Shown piece by piece: positions 1-14,200 of a stretch of DNA of 64,000 nucleotides (positions are counted from its first letter, which is position 1; the number at the start of each line of letters is the position of its first letter). The stretch lies in contig JBITNC010000001.1 in the NCBI GenBank assembly GCA_050084985.1, forward strand, positions 145,266,001-145,330,000. Reading direction: 5' to 3'. Below the pieces are notes generated by a model. It searched no databases. It was not told where the DNA came from and saw nothing but the letters and a program-made list of their open reading frames with translations. A program made the translations under genes and the position numbers. The stretch is from Nageia nagi (lineage: Eukaryota; Plantae; Pinophyta).

Positions 1-3000
1 AGAAGCTTTGGTAAATAGTAAATAAGAACTTTGTACTTCTTATAGATGAAAAAGCACTAGAGGCTTACAACATGAAGAATGAGTTAACAATATGCATGAT
101 TTATTGTGCAGTTTTAGATGATGTGCTCCTAATGATTTCCTTTTCAACCTCGATAAAAGAAGCTTAGGATAAGCTTAAGTAAATCTACCTTGGTTTAAAC
201 TCTTCAAGAAGGTTTACCATTCTCCAAAAGTTTTTTCAATCTCATCAAGGGGAATATGAAAATGTGGCTATCTACTTGAATAAAATAATTGACCTAAGTA
301 CCCAATTTATTGCTTGTGGGTGCAATTGGATCAATGATGAGTTCATGGTCTTCATCATTCTTCAAATCCTTTCTTCAAAGTTTGAAAACTTTGTGATAGT
401 TATGAAAATAAGACTTGATGATGAAGAAGAAGTCTTCTCTCTTGAGAACCTTTCTAGGCACCTATTGAAACATGAGAAAATCCTTAATAATAAGGTGTTG
501 ATTTCTTCTTATAAGGATAATAACATTGCTCTTAGAGCAACCAAAACTCCTTTTAAGAAGAAGTTCGACCATCAAAATAAATCTTATGCTTCTTCTTCCA
601 AAAGGTTTGAGAAAAGAGGCAATGGCTACAATAGCAGCAAGAATAATAGAAACAATAACCATAGCAGTAGGAACAACAACAACAATAACCATTTCAAGTA
701 AAAAGATAGAAAAGGCAAAGCAAATAATCCTTATCCTAAGAAAAATTTTGATGGTAATTGTAACTATTGGGCATCCAAGGTCATAAAGAAGTTGATTGCT
801 ACAAAAAAAAAAAGATGAAGAGAACAAAGGTAATGGAAATATAAAGAACTACAAAGGAAAGAAGAATATTCATGTTAGTTTTGATACAATGATCTACTCC
901 ATGTCTCGCTCTTTTTCATTTAATTAGATTATTGATTCTAGTTTCACTAATCACTTTTGCTTTGAAAAAGAAAAGTTTGAAAATTTTCACAAGTATAGAA
1001 AAGATGCGATTGTGATAGGTGATAACTCTACCCTTGAAGTCCAAGGAATTAGGAGTGTGTTGATTCATAACAAGGTTCTTGACAATGTGCTCTATGTTCC
1101 TAAGCTTAGGATGAACCTCCTCTTTATGATCCAAGTTGCTAGAAAATGGTACTCTTTTGAGTTTAACTCTCAATCTTGGTGCATTAAGAAAGGAATTACC
1201 ACGTCGGTTAAAGGATCAGTGAAAGATAACCTCTACATCATGGATCAAATTCTATCAAAGTTATGTCTTGCTTCTAGTGTGTGTTCAAAAGGCAATCTTT
1301 GGCACCACAATTTAGGGTACCTTAACCATAAGAGTAATCAAGTCATGAAAGACCAAGAACTTGTGAAAGGTTTACCTTCAATTTCTCCTTCGATTGGTCT
1401 ATGCAAGAAGTGCATTTTTGGTAAGATGCATAAACAAAAGTTTGAAAAAGATAAGATAATAAGAGCATCTCAACCTCTTCAACTTGTGCATTTAGATTTG
1501 ATGGGTCCATTTCATACTAAGTAACTTGAAGGAGCATCTTATGTCTTGACCTTCATTGATGAATTTAGTAGGATGACCTTTGGGTATCTACTTGAGCACA
1601 AGGATCAAACCTTTGAGAGTTTTAAAGTTTTTAAGGCCTTTGTTGAGAATCAAACTAACCTTAAAATCAAGATGTTGAGATCAAAAAATGAGGGAGAATA
1701 TAATAGCAATGAGTTTAATAACTTTTATGCTATGTATGGAATCAAGAGGTAATTTATGATTCCTTACACTCCTCAACAAAATGATGTTATCAAAAAGAAA
1801 AATATGATAATTATGGAGATAGTTAGATGCATGTTGGGTAATCTTCCTAGTTTTTTATAGGATGAATTTGTGAGCACTACTATTTACACTTTGAATAGGT
1901 GTCCCACAAAAGTTATTCAAAGTAAAATTCCTTTTGAAGCATGGTCAGAAAGAAAACCTAACATTTCTCATCTCAAGGTGTTTGGTTGTGAAGCATTCTC
2001 CTACATTATTTTTGAAAAAAGGAAGAAGTTGGATAAAAGAGCCAAAAAATGCATCTTTGTGGGTTATGACAATCAACATAAAGGTTACAGGCTCTACTCT
2101 CCATTCTAAAAAGTCGTATTTATTTCAAGGGATGTAAAGTTTAATGAACTTCTTGATGAATCTACTCCTAATGAGGATGTTGATGTGCTAAAGGATTCTT
2201 TAGTTGCACCTTTTTTGTTAGATATTGATGTAGATAAGTCATCTTAGGAATAAGGATTTATTCAAGGTATGGTTAGATATCCTTGATGTAGTTGCATCTA
2301 GATATGCTATGATCCCAATCTCTCCTAGAATCATTATTTTTTTGAGCTCCAACTCTTAGCTAGCTAATGCTACAACTTACAGGCAATTAATTGGTAGTTA
2401 TTTGTATTTGACTATATCCAAACCAGATATTACCTTTATAGTGAATCTAATAGCATGATTCATGCAAAAACCTTAAGTTGAGCACCTCAATGCTATTAAG
2501 CAAATCTTGAGGTATATTATAGGGACTAAGGATCTTGCTCTCAAGTATTCCACAATACCCTCATTTGTTCTCTCTGGATTCTCAAATTATGACTATGGGG
2601 GAGATAGAGATGATAGGAAATCAACCTCTATGTATGTGTTTAGCATTGGTTCAGGTGCTATCTCTTAGGCTTCCAAGAAGTAGCTTACTATTTCTCTTTC
2701 CACTATAAAAGTTGAATACCATGCCATATCTATTGTAGCCCAGGAAGCCATTTGGCTAAGGCATCTTCTAAAAGAAATTAGGTATGAGCAAGGTGGTTCA
2801 TCTTTGATTTCTTCAGATAATTAGTCAACTATTTCTTTGGCTAAGAATCTTATGTTCCATTAGAGAACAAAACATGTGGAAATCCATGCCCACTTTATCA
2901 GGGAGAAGGTTCTTGATGGCATCATACACATGGAGTATTGTCCATCTACCTTGAACTCTGCTAATTTGTTCACCAAGCCCCTCCCAAAAACTCAGTTCTA

Positions 3001-3058
3001 TAAGCTTAGAGATGCTATCAGGTTGGTGAAGTTGCCCTTAAGGGGGAATGAAGTTTGA
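1..3058 (+). pseudogene. Copia gag-pol polyprotein pseudogene
   Basis: ORF fragments 264-701, 1012-1524, 1546-1752, 1870-2109 and 2876-3058 carry gag/PR/INT/RH motifs and are broken by stops and frameshifts. Confidence 0.9.
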
Positions 3059-3746
3059 ATTCTTGTGTTGAATTCATGTTTGTGATGATAACTTCACCCC
3101 TAGGAGGATTTTGTGTTGTATAGTGTTGATTTTGTTGTACACCTTTGTGGTAAGTTTGTTCTATGTGAGGAACTTGTACAAAATTTTAAAGTAAAAAATT
3201 GACCAATCTAGCACTGTTTAGTTATCCATGTGTGAGGAACTCTTATGTGTCTTTTAGCACTATTTAGTTATCCATATCTGACGAACTTGTATGTGCATAC
3301 ACCAATGTTTTATATACAATAAGGGACTATGAGTTTTTGGCATTGCATCTTCGTGATTACTTATAGTGCACCATTGATCAGTTCATGATGGCATTTGTGT
3401 GATTCATCTATCATTGTTGATATGAATATGTTGCATCTAATTGATCTTGTTATTTGAGTTGCTTATGATTTACAAGTTCCTTTAAGATTGCAGGTTACTT
3501 ACCTCAAGTATGCAGGCTCTTGAAGACTCTTCATGACTTCTAGTTGGATGACTACTTCATGTACATTGAAACTGGTTATGGTTAATGATTGTATTTGGAA
3601 AATTACTGAGTCTCAAACTAGATCTTTCTTACTTCAAAAATATGTAAAAAGTTCTCATCTCCATTGTATCTATTTGGAGAACTCTCTTACTTTCTCTTTT
3701 TTCTTCTCTCTTATTCGCTCTATCTTAATATTGCATTAAGAGGGAG

Positions 3747-4237
3747 TGTTGGAAATATATAATGCATTATTGTAAAGGTTTTGTAATAATCTTCTATGTA
3801 AGTTCACTAATACTTAAGGGTATCATTTGATACCTTAAGTATTTAAGTGAATATGATAATGTTACTTGTCCTACACTCCATGACATGAGCATGCCCTTTG
3901 GATAAAAGGATGTGCATGTCATGCTTTTGTACATTGGATAAAAGGGTGATCCAAAGAGGGACTTTGGCTTATAAATAGAAGGCTCCCTCTTTGTGATTAC
4001 ACACCAATTTGTGAAGTAAAGTTATGCTATAGGATAGTGTTTAGAAGAAAATATTAGGAGGATTATAAGAGTTCATATTTGTCAAAAAGAGAGATCTAGT
4101 AAGTTGTTGTACTCCTAGTTGGAGGAATCACTTACATCTTGTGTTATCTTTGTGAGATTGCTTTGTGAATTTGTTAGATGTGTATTATGAGCTTTCATAT
4201 GATCTTGGTAGTTTAGGATTGTTTAGTTTATACTTCA
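3747..4237 (+). repeat. 3' LTR of the copia element
   Basis: Starts TGTTGG immediately after PPT TAAGAGGGAG (3737-3746) and ends ...ATACTTCA. Homologous to minus-strand copies at ~9508-10011 and 61039-61654. TATAAAT near 3970. Confidence 0.85.
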
Positions 4238-7200
4238 ATTCTCTCAGTAATGCCTTAATTTTTCAGTGGTAAATATCATAGCAAAGAAAATCCTCTCCAT
4301 AGAAGTGTACCTTATCTCATAATCAACCAATGTCTTGCTTAGATAATAGATAGCCCTCTCTTTGTTATTTTCAGTATTTTGACACAACATGGTTCCTATG
4401 GCATACAAGGAGAATGAAATATACAAGTAATCAGGTTGGGAAAAATCCATGGTAACAAGGATGGGGGGTTAAGCAAATATTGCTTAATATCTTCAAATGC
4501 TTTTTGGTAATTCACATCCCAAACAAACTTGACATCCTTCTTAAGTAAGTGAGTGAATGGTCTACACTTGCCCCCTAGTTGTGAGATGAACCTCCTAACT
4601 AAATTCATCTTTCCTTAAAGACTTCTGAGTTGTTTCAAGTTTATAGGAGGAGGCATGTCAATAATGGCTTTTACGTTCTTAGGATCTACTTCAATTCCTC
4701 TATTTGAAACCATGAACCTTAACACTTTTCTAGAAGTAACTCCAAATGCACACTTTGAAGGTTTAAATCTTAGTTTGTACCTTTGCAAAATGTTGAATAC
4801 CTCTTCAAGGGCTTGGAGATGGTCTTGACCTTGCTTTGATTTGACAAGAATGTCATCAACATAGACATCCATTATTTTATGAATATGCTTATGGAACATA
4901 TTGACCATGGCTCTTTGATATGTAGCACCTGCATTTTTTAGTCCAAAAGGCTAACCTCAAAACAAAAATTGCCCCAAGTGGTTGTGAAAGTAGTTTTATG
5001 CAAGTCAGTAGGATTAATTAAGATTTGATTGTAACCAAAAAAACCATCCATGAATGATAACATATCATGACCAACTATGTTATCAACAATCATATCAATA
5101 TTAGGCAATGGAAAATCATACTTAGGACAAGCATTATTGATATCACAAAAATTGGTACACACCCGTATTTCACCAATTGGTTTAGTAACAAGAACAATGT
5201 TAGACATCCACTCAAAATAATCAATAGGCTCTATGGATCTTGCTTGCAAGTATTTTTCAATCTCTTTTTTTACTAACAAGGCCTTAGAAGGATGCATTTT
5301 TCTAGGCTTTTGCTTAATTGGTTTGGCATTTGCTTTTAATGGCAAATTATGCATAACAATGAAGGATCTAACCCAAGCATATCATCATAAGACCAAGCAA
5401 AATTTTCAAAAAATATGTTGAATTTAGATTTTTACCTTTCTTGCTCGAAAGATGTTAGGGTTGCTCCAATTTAAAGCAATCTCTCCTTATTTGTAGTGCC
5501 AATGTTAATGTTTAGAAACTCTTATTATGGGAAGGTGAGATCCTTCTTTATTGGTAATAATGATGGCAAATCCTCCATAGTAGGATCAACAATCTTAGCT
5601 TCTTCTAAGGACTGAACTTGTAACACATCATGAAAATTAACCTCTTGGCCAAAGTAAGCATACTCATGAAGCATATAAGAGGCATGATGTTTTTTGGTAG
5701 AATTGGGCAATTTTAAATGTGCCCCCAAGTATTCAAGCAAATAATCATCAGTACTAAAATAATCAAAGGCAAGAGGTAAGTTATGATCAATCCATATATC
5801 TTCATCAATTTCATCAAATAATTCTATCACATTAGATGTTTTAACAAACTATATGGGACCCCATTTTTGTTTGACCTTTCCATCACTACTTAGACCTATC
5901 TTAGTAAGTTGTGTTTTTGGAAAAGTAAAAAAATTAGACATACCTTGCTCAATTTTACCTAAACCTCCTCCCTTATACTTACAATTGTTAACCATATATT
6001 TTTGAACAAAAGTAGAAGGAAAGGTTTTACCTGATTTAAAATATGCAAGGACATCATCTGCAGAAGATTGGTTCATCATTTCAGACATAACAGAGCTGGA
6101 AGGGTCATGGACATCATCATCTGTACAGTGTTGGCACCTTGTATGCATAAAAACACAATGTTGGTGGCCTAAAATAGCCAATATTTAAGACTATCCCAAG
6201 TCTGTAATAGATGCAAATAAGTCTGTATCATCTATTTTGTAAGTGTCCATACCTATTTCTATGATTTGCACCTATTTATATGTATTTTCCCTTGGTGTGG
6301 GATCATCCGAGGGTTCTATTTCAAAAAGTGGTGGAACTAATGCCATCTCCTCAAATTCAACATCATCGCATAGTGCATAGGGCTCAAGATTAGCTAAGAT
6401 TGTATGTACTTCTCCTTGGAATACAAATTTCAATCTACCATGTAATGTAGAAGGAACAACTTTCATATCATGGATCCAAGGTATTCCTAAAAGCATGTTA
6501 TAAGACAACTTGGAATCAACTACCTAAAACTTGGTTGGAATAGTTCTAACTCTTATGGTAATCATGATGGTAGCTATGCCTAGTGGGTTCTTAGAAGAAC
6601 TATCATAGGCTCTAATTTTGAAAGTAGTTTCTTCTAATGGGGGGATTGTTACACCTTTTTCTTGTAATTGAGTCAAAAAATGGTTAGAACACACATTCAT
6701 AGCTAAACCATTATCTACCATTGTCCTTTTGACTTCTTATTCATCTACCATAAGGGTGATATATAAAGTTGCACACTCATCTAGTAGTTCTTAGTTGAGT
6801 ATTTCATATTTGTGAAAGGATATAGTGTGACTTTCCCTAATGGTTTGGAGCTTCTTAGAAAATGTAGCCACTAAAATGTTAGTAAAAATAGTTTCATTCT
6901 TAAATAAAGTATATAAAACATACCTATGAGCTTAAGAAGTAGAAATGAGACCATACAAGCTAATCTTGGCTAGTGTATTTTTTAATTAATCAATCAAACT
7001 ATAAACTTTAGGATCAGGTGGGACACTTGTTCAGTGGTAATGGGATTTGGAACATTGCATGGACATCCTCTTCATAAGTTAGCACACACCTCTTTGACTA
7101 CTATGACCACATTGACAGTATCTCCTTATTTAGCAAGATGTTCATCAATCTTGTACCTTCCTAGTTATATGAAGGCTATGATAGTTGCTTCCAATGTTTT

Positions 7201-8302
7201 GAAAAAATTTGTAACATGCCCTTTTCATTGATGATAAGCACACTATGCCTTAAAGTGTCCCAAAGGGGTATTATCATCAACTTTTTCAAGTAGCTGTAGG
7301 AGACCTTTCTTTATTAAGTCCCTCAAAAGAATTCTTGGTGGAACTGGAAATGTGTAGTTGGCCTCTTTTGAGGAAGTAGATCTTTGTTCCTTTAGAGGAG
7401 TATTGGGTTTATCTGCCATATTAATTGGTTTCTCCTCTTTCTTGGCATATGATTTCCTATTATCTTTGAAAAAATTGTTAGATGTATATTTAAGCTCTCC
7501 TTTAGATAATAAATTTTTCTCTTTTTGCACTAATTATTGAACTAGAGTACTAAAACCAACATCCTTATCACTAAGAGCATGCAATTGAAGTGAAAGAATA
7601 ATAGATCCATGAAATATGCCATAAATCTTGGATTCATCTAGTTTAACTCAAGTAGTTTGCCATACCTTTTTGAAGCATAAGACATACTTCTCTATGGTTT
7701 CATTGCTTGCTTGACGAAGTGCACATAATTTTGATATATTGCCTTATTCTTTAATATTATGCTTGTATTGACCCATAAATATTTGAACTAAGGTTTTAAG
7801 GGAATCAATAGACTTACCAGGTAGAGAGTAGAACCATTGAGTAGCATCACCTTTCAAACTCCTTGGGAAGAATTTAGCCATTAACCTTTCATCTGAACCT
7901 AGTTTCAAAAAGCACTCCTCCTAAAAGCTAATTAGATGCTGCTTAGGATCCTGTTCACTATTGAAAATCTCAAACTTGGGGGTCTTATGATTGGGTGGTA
8001 GGGTAAAATTGCAAATGTCATCTATCAAGGGTGAAATGAAAATGTCATCATAGTCATTAGGATTGGATGATGAGGTATTAAATGAATCTCTTGGATTAGT
8101 CAAGCTGAAACTTGGATTGTTGTTCATAATAATCTCCCCTTGCAAATCCAAAATATTCATGTTCAAATCCTGAAGTGTGGGTATGAGTTGATCCATCTTA
8201 ATGTTGCTGGCATCCTAAAGATAGAAATATAAAATGCTAGCATCCTGATCCTGATAAGAAGGGTTAGCATGATCTTGCCTCTAGGGCAAGATAAATCAAG
8301 CA

Positions 8303-8315
8303 GTTGGGTTCACCA
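8303..8315 (-). promoter_or_regulatory. Primer-binding site resembling the complement of the tRNA-Trp 3' end
   Basis: + strand GTTGGGTTCACCA versus plant tRNA-Trp 3' end GTCGGGTTCACCA (recalled sequence; 12/13 match). Confidence 0.6.
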
Positions 8316-8318
8316 AAA

Positions 8319-8947
8319 TGTAGTAGCTAAATAATGTAATTAATGAAAATGGGATTGATTAATGCATTATTGCTCTAGTTTGTAACTATTGACGCATATA
8401 TCATAAATATGGTAATAATATGTAGTAGTGTTCACTTAGATTCTATATTCATTCCGTTAATCATAAAATGCATAAAAGATAGAGCATACATTCATGAAAA
8501 AGTATGCCATTGGTGTCATAGAATTGGCACACAGATGGTGCTATAAGATAAGTGAGATTACAAACACGAACAAGAATGTAGTGATGAGTGAATTAGCAAA
8601 TAATCAAATTATGAATATACATGCAAACTTACAGAATAAATATATGTAATGTAGATAGATAAAGCAAGTTACAATTCTTCAAATGATCTTCAATTGATAA
8701 TCCTTATATTAGCTTGAAATAATTATTTGTCCATGATTCGCTCATGATCTATAGGTCATGAAATGATGCCTTTATATATGATACAAGTTTATATGATTTT
8801 GATATTTTGACCCCTTGTACAATCCACAAGGGTCAAAAACATGGCCTACACCTCTTTTATACATTTTTAATCCCTTTTATATAATAATATGTTAAGGGAT
8901 TAAAATGATTTATTAAATACATAAAGGTTCATTTTGAGGCATCTACA
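8319..8947 (-). repeat. 5' LTR of the gypsy element
   Basis: On the minus strand it begins TGTAGATGCC and ends CTACTACA, followed 3 nt later by a TGG-starting PBS. Confidence 0.75.
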
Positions 8948-10011
8948 ATGAATACCATAAACTCGACATTGATCTAGTTGTAGCCACACCCCATAAGATG
9001 GGTCCTAAGATTAACAATCTTGTTCAAGTATATTGCAACACTTTTATTTTTCTCTGATCATGATTGTAATAATTTTTGGAGAATTATGAACCTCCTAGAG
9101 AATTAGGAGTTGAGGTAGATTTTCTTTTGCATGTCCCAAGCTTCCTTTATGGAGTTTGAAGAAGAGATCATGAGGAGGACTTTGTCTAAAATTGCATGAA
9201 AGATCATAGAGGTTACCAGCTCATTATTTATATTGTAAACCTCAAATGGCTTATTATCTATTTAATAAACTTGGTTTTCATTACCATTTACCATATTTTT
9301 CATGCTTGAGCTTCTCTTTCATCCCGTGTTCCAAAATACTATAGTTGGAACTGTCTAGGATGTGCTTGGGTGTAAAGGATTCTCCCATTTATTTCACTTG
9401 ATTTTACCTCATAAAAATGAATATCAACCTCCAAATATGGAAAAAGGATTAGAAATTACCTCCAATATGTTGAAGAGGAGCCTCCAATAATGGCTCTAAA
9501 TACCAATTAAAGGGCATAAGCCTAAATGACTAAATCCTTATTTGCCCAAGATCTCATAAAAGCTCTCTCAAATTCTTTAAGAATTAAGAACACAAACTCA
9601 AAATAGCATTCACATAATATGACACCAATATAAAGTGATTCCTCCAACCATGGGAGAACATCCACTAATCTAATATATTATTCTCAAAGAGCACTCTCTT
9701 ACAAACAACTCACTTTCTCACTTATTCTACAACCTAGATAAGAGAATAACTTTGCTACCACTTGAGTGAGCAATCTCAAGGAGAAGACCCTCTATTTATA
9801 GGCCAAATTCCTCCCTTGGATCATCCTTTTAATCATTGTATAATATCATGACATGCATCACCCTTTTATCCAAGGGGCATGCTCATGAGATGGAGTGTAG
9901 GACAAGTTACATTATCTTATTCATGAATATGTAAAAGGTATCTAGGGATACTTTTAAGTATTAGTGAATTACATTAAGATACCTTACAATAATGCATTAT
10001 ACATTCCAATA
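8948..10011 (-). mobile_element. 5' portion (LTR, Met-type PBS, gag N-terminus) of a copia element of the same family as 1-4237
   Basis: LTR ~9508-10011 is homologous to 3747-4237. Degenerate PBS TGGTATTTAGAGC at 9493-9505. Reverse complement of ~8950-9240 aligns with gag at ~70-360. Confidence 0.88.
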
Positions 10012-10644
10012 AAATTGGTATAAAGCATGTTAGCCTTTATCTTCCTTTACTTGTCATAAGTTGGTGTAGAGTAGATAAACATTTGTCTTGCATTTCTTGT
10101 CATAAACTAGTGCAAAGTCAACATTATCATGATCAAATCATTAAGATTTAACATGTCATAAGCATGGGCATTTCACATGTTTTCATAAAATGGAATATCT
10201 AGCATTGATCTTATCTTTTAGAACATTTCACTCTTGTCTCCCAACATTCAGGAGGTTGCATAACTATATTTACAAGCCATCCTTGGTTAGCAAAACATCA
10301 TTGACTATTATCATATAAACATTAGTCATTATCAAATAAATCAAAGTATTTAGTAAAATATCAAAATAATCCACACTATGCTCTTTTATTCAAACAATAT
10401 TTTGTTGACCTTATTTCATTCAATCAACAAAATATTGTTTGAGAGGGGGATACCCTATACTAAATAATTTTCTAAAGGCTTATTTTTTTCAAATTATCTA
10501 TATTAATGTTTGATTATTTTATATGTCTAAATTTTCTCATTTATACAAGCACTTTTTTCAAAAAGCTTAATTTTCTATTATTTTTACAAAAACATATTTA
10601 CAAAAGTCTAAATTATCTATAAAGCATAATTTTATTGATCAGTA

Positions 10645-11140
10645 AGCCTACATGTTTACTAATAAGTCTACTAATCCTACATGTTTACTAATAAGTCTAC
10701 GTTCTTACACCAACTTAACATACAACTCAATGCAATTACTTAATGTGTTTATTCAAGTAAGTTTGCATGCTTGCTAGGTAAATCTACATAGTTACATAAA
10801 CTTAATGTATAACTAAAGTTTTTTACTTAATGTATTTTTTTGGTATACCTACTCAAAATACTTGTCTAAAATATTCTACTTAATATATCTATTTTTATTT
10901 AAACAAATATCTAAATTTTTGATAAAGCTTGATTTTGTTTATTTTGGTAAGTCTACGAGCTTATACCTACTCAACACACAACTTAACGTATTTATTTTTA
11001 TTTTTAGTAAGTCTACGAGCTTACACCTACTTAAGATAATTGTACAATATGTTTTCTTAATGTACTTTATTCTTGTGTAAAGGTAGTTACTTTATGTTCT
11101 TACTTGATGTACTCTACTCAACGTAACAACTTAACATATA
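10645..11140. repeat. AT-rich imperfect repeat cluster (TAAGTCTAC / CCTACTCAA / AACTTAA motifs)
   Basis: CCTACATGTTTACTAATAAGTCTAC occurs twice in tandem (~10647-10700); GTAAGTCTACGAGCTTA occurs twice (~10946, ~11007). Confidence 0.6.
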
Positions 11141-11285
11141 TATTAAATGCTTTACTTTCCCAAAGTTACTAAAAGTTAATTTTTACATTATGCAAATTTT
11201 TTTTCTCAAAATTCAAAAATCTAATAGGTATCTATACTTGTTGAACCAAGTCTCTTTACAAAAGACTTAGTCCAACAGGGGCAAA

Positions 11286-14200
11286 TGTAGATACCCAAAA
11301 AATACATTTTTTCTCAAACATGCTTTTATCTATTCAAAATTACTTAAAAACACTAAAGTTGTATAAATGTTTTACTTTGTGGCAAAAAGAGTTTTTAATA
11401 ACCTAAATAATTTACTACATATCTATATTTATCCTTATTTTAGCCAAATAGAATATTATGAGCTAAAAAATATTCAAAAGACTATCATTCACTTAAAACA
11501 TGCTAAAGGTACTTATTAGTTACTTAACGTTAAGTTTGAGTTGAGTATATATGTCAATCTAAAAAATATAATTGGCCCTCCTTATTCATTTGTATAACTT
11601 TGGTATTATGATTCTATGCTCTAAAGTGCTCCAAGATTCTAAAGCTAGGGTTTCAGGCAAATTTCTAAGGATTTGAAGGATATTGAATACAATCTACCAT
11701 AATTTGCTCGTACTTCCTCCATAGATCTAAGGTTAGAGGTAACTTTCATGGTGGATTTGCTTTGGATTGACCATATTTGTATATGTTTGAGATTTTTGTA
11801 GGTTGGAAGAGCTTTTCACCATAGAATTGTGCTAGTATTGGTGGATATATATCCTTTTATTAGATATATTGGCTTATTCATAGGTTTTTTGCATTTTAGC
11901 ATACATATATACTCTTTTTATGGTTCAATTCATGTTATATTAATTCATTTTATATTGCAAACACATTTTCTTGATAGATTTATGGTCAAAGGTTAATTTA
12001 AACATTGTGGGTATCCTTGGATCCTCTTGGATCTCAAGGATCCAAGTTTCTTGATTTGCTTAGGGTTTTAAATCTTGAATCCTAGTTTTTGCATAATTGT
12101 TGTGATAAATCTTATAAAATTATTCAATATTATTTTTTAAAAACTATATCATAGGCATACACATCTTGCATAATAGGCATGCTATTTAATTTTACTATCT
12201 CATTGATTGGAGATTAGGGGGATTAAATACAAGATTGGATAATCTCAACAACTATCTAGTTTTCCTTAAATGCATAAGGGCCTAAGGTTGGAGGTCCCTC
12301 TATGTTGTTTAGATGCATTAAGGTGTATTATCTCAAATATTGGATAGGTTTGAAGATATAATTAGATGAGCTAAAATAATTCTTTATCATTCTTGATCAA
12401 CCTTACTTGAGTTTAAAAGCATACTTTATGTAAATTTTGAATTCTTCTTTGGATTTAACATCATTGTGTGTGTTTGATCCATGGTGCATGGATTTTAGGG
12501 TTGCAAAAATCAATAAAGAAGAGGAAATACTATAAGAGGCACCTAATGAAATAAGATGAATAAATAACAATTGTTCAAAGGAAATATCAAGAGGAACAAG
12601 ATTCAAATTGTCAGAATCAATAGAGTATTATGGATTGTTGGGAATTTGTAACACTAGTAGTAGGTTATAATCAATTCATTTTAGTGATAAAAGATAACCA
12701 ATTGGTTTACGTACAATATTAGATTAGGATCATTAGGGACTATGAATAGGAATTATGATGATGGAAGCTATATCGAGACCTTTGCAATCTATTCCTAGGG
12801 GATATACCTTTGCTTTATCAAGATGATAAAGAAGATCTTATTTACTTTGAAGAGAGCCAATAAGAGATAACCCCTCCTCTCTTGTTCTAATTTATTAATA
12901 TTCATGTAAATGCCCCTATTGATATAATATCAATTTTATCTAAAAGAAACCTCAAGCATAAACCTTCATCTTAAGTTGAGGAGGAGATATTCATAAAGAA
13001 TCAATCGATAAGGCTCAAGAAGGAAAAAAATATGAAGAAAATTTTTATGTTAAAAAAGGATGGAGGAATTATGAAGAAAAATATAGTTTAAGAACTATTT
13101 TGATGTAAAAGAGTAAGAGTATGATAATAGAGAGTAAAAAAGGAGGAATATAGAATTATAACTTGGGAACAACCTTGAGATTAGGAGTGGCTAGATTTTC
13201 GAGAGAGATACCAAATGATGAATTACCATATTTGGGAGTGAAGGTGAAATTTTATAGGAATGATAATGGAGAGGAAAAGCTAGGATCGATGGAAAATCAA
13301 GATAACATTGAGGAGATATCGATTAATGAACTATCACCACCATAATTGGAGGTAAACCTTAAGGAGAAGAATATAAAGAAATTTTGATGAATCGATAAAG
13401 ATTTCATTATAGCTAACTACCAATGCTATACTAAGTTATGACTCACCATCCTCAGAAATGAGGCTGAACTATGATTAAACTATGAAGAAAGAGACACGGT
13501 TGACAAAGATCATGGAGTTAGAAGATAGTAATTAGAAGAAATGACTTTGAGATTCCTCTTCTACATGTGTACTCTCTTCATCCCAAAACCAAATAAAGGA
13601 AGTATTCAAAATGAGCCTTGGGTTTAAGTTGGGGAGGATGTAAGTAGGAAATCAATAGACCAAATATGATATTAACAATTGATCAATCAAAGTGAGTTAT
13701 ATGTATCAGTTTGACGACCAAATTATATTAGTTTGAAGGACAAAGAGTTAAAGCTCACTAATAATGATTAAGAAAAGATAACTAATTGACACACCTCTTT
13801 TCAAGTGACACAAAGAAGATATAAGAAGTGATTGGAAGAGTTATGGAGAATCATTAAAGCATTAATCAATCACTCATCATCCAAACTACAATGGAGCAAT
13901 ATTGAAGTTCTCATCAACATGCCATGGGTAAGCTGACTGGTGAAATGTATTCACATTATTATTATTAATGAAATATCCCTTTAATATATATTGATGTATA
14001 GATTTATTATTCCTTTTACATTCTATGCATTCTCATATTCTCATTTATAGGTAAGAACCCAATTGACCAACTACCATCAATCAACATCTTATGTACCTTT
14101 CTTTTTTTCTACATCAAGTCTCCTTTCTTCCCATAGCAATGCATAATTTCTTTTCTTTTCTTTGATTTCTCTATGTTTCTTTCTAATCCTTTCTCTATTT

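Larger units (their letters stand above)
1..4237 (+). mobile_element. Degenerate Ty1/copia LTR retrotransposon (5' end outside window)
   Basis: Copia domain order: gag with decayed zinc knuckle (~760-800), protease (IIDSSFTNHF ~930), GAG-pre-integrase/integrase (LWHHNLGYLN, VHLDLMGPF, TFIDEFSR, KCIFVGY), RT C-terminus (YRQLIGS ~2380), RNase H (RTKHVEIHAHFIREKV..LFTKPL..LRG). Many stops and frameshifts; most of RT is missing. PPT and 3' LTR follow. Confidence 0.95.
4238..8947 (-). mobile_element. Degenerate Ty3/gypsy element, Tat/Ogre-like (5' LTR-PBS-gag-PR-G-patch-RT-RH), truncated in RNase H by the copia LTR
   Basis: Gag (FTLPPNHKTPKFEIFNSEQDPKQHL), protease (VDNGLAMNV; YNMLLGIPWIHDMKVVPSTLH), G-patch (YKGGGLGKIEQG), RT (ACPKYDFPLPNID; YVDDILVKS), RH (ERAIYYLSKTL..EKLRHY) in gypsy order. 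Confidence 0.93.

Noticed and set aside
462-827. Hydrophobic 121-aa minus-strand ORF
   Set aside because: Antisense shadow of the AAC/AAT-rich gag linker.
10012-10455. Possible copia RNase H tail ending TTGAGAGGGGG
   Set aside because: Too degenerate to read a convincing motif.
12000-13700. Possible second LINE ORF1 relic on the minus strand
   Set aside because: Only faint resemblance; no diagnostic motif could be confirmed.
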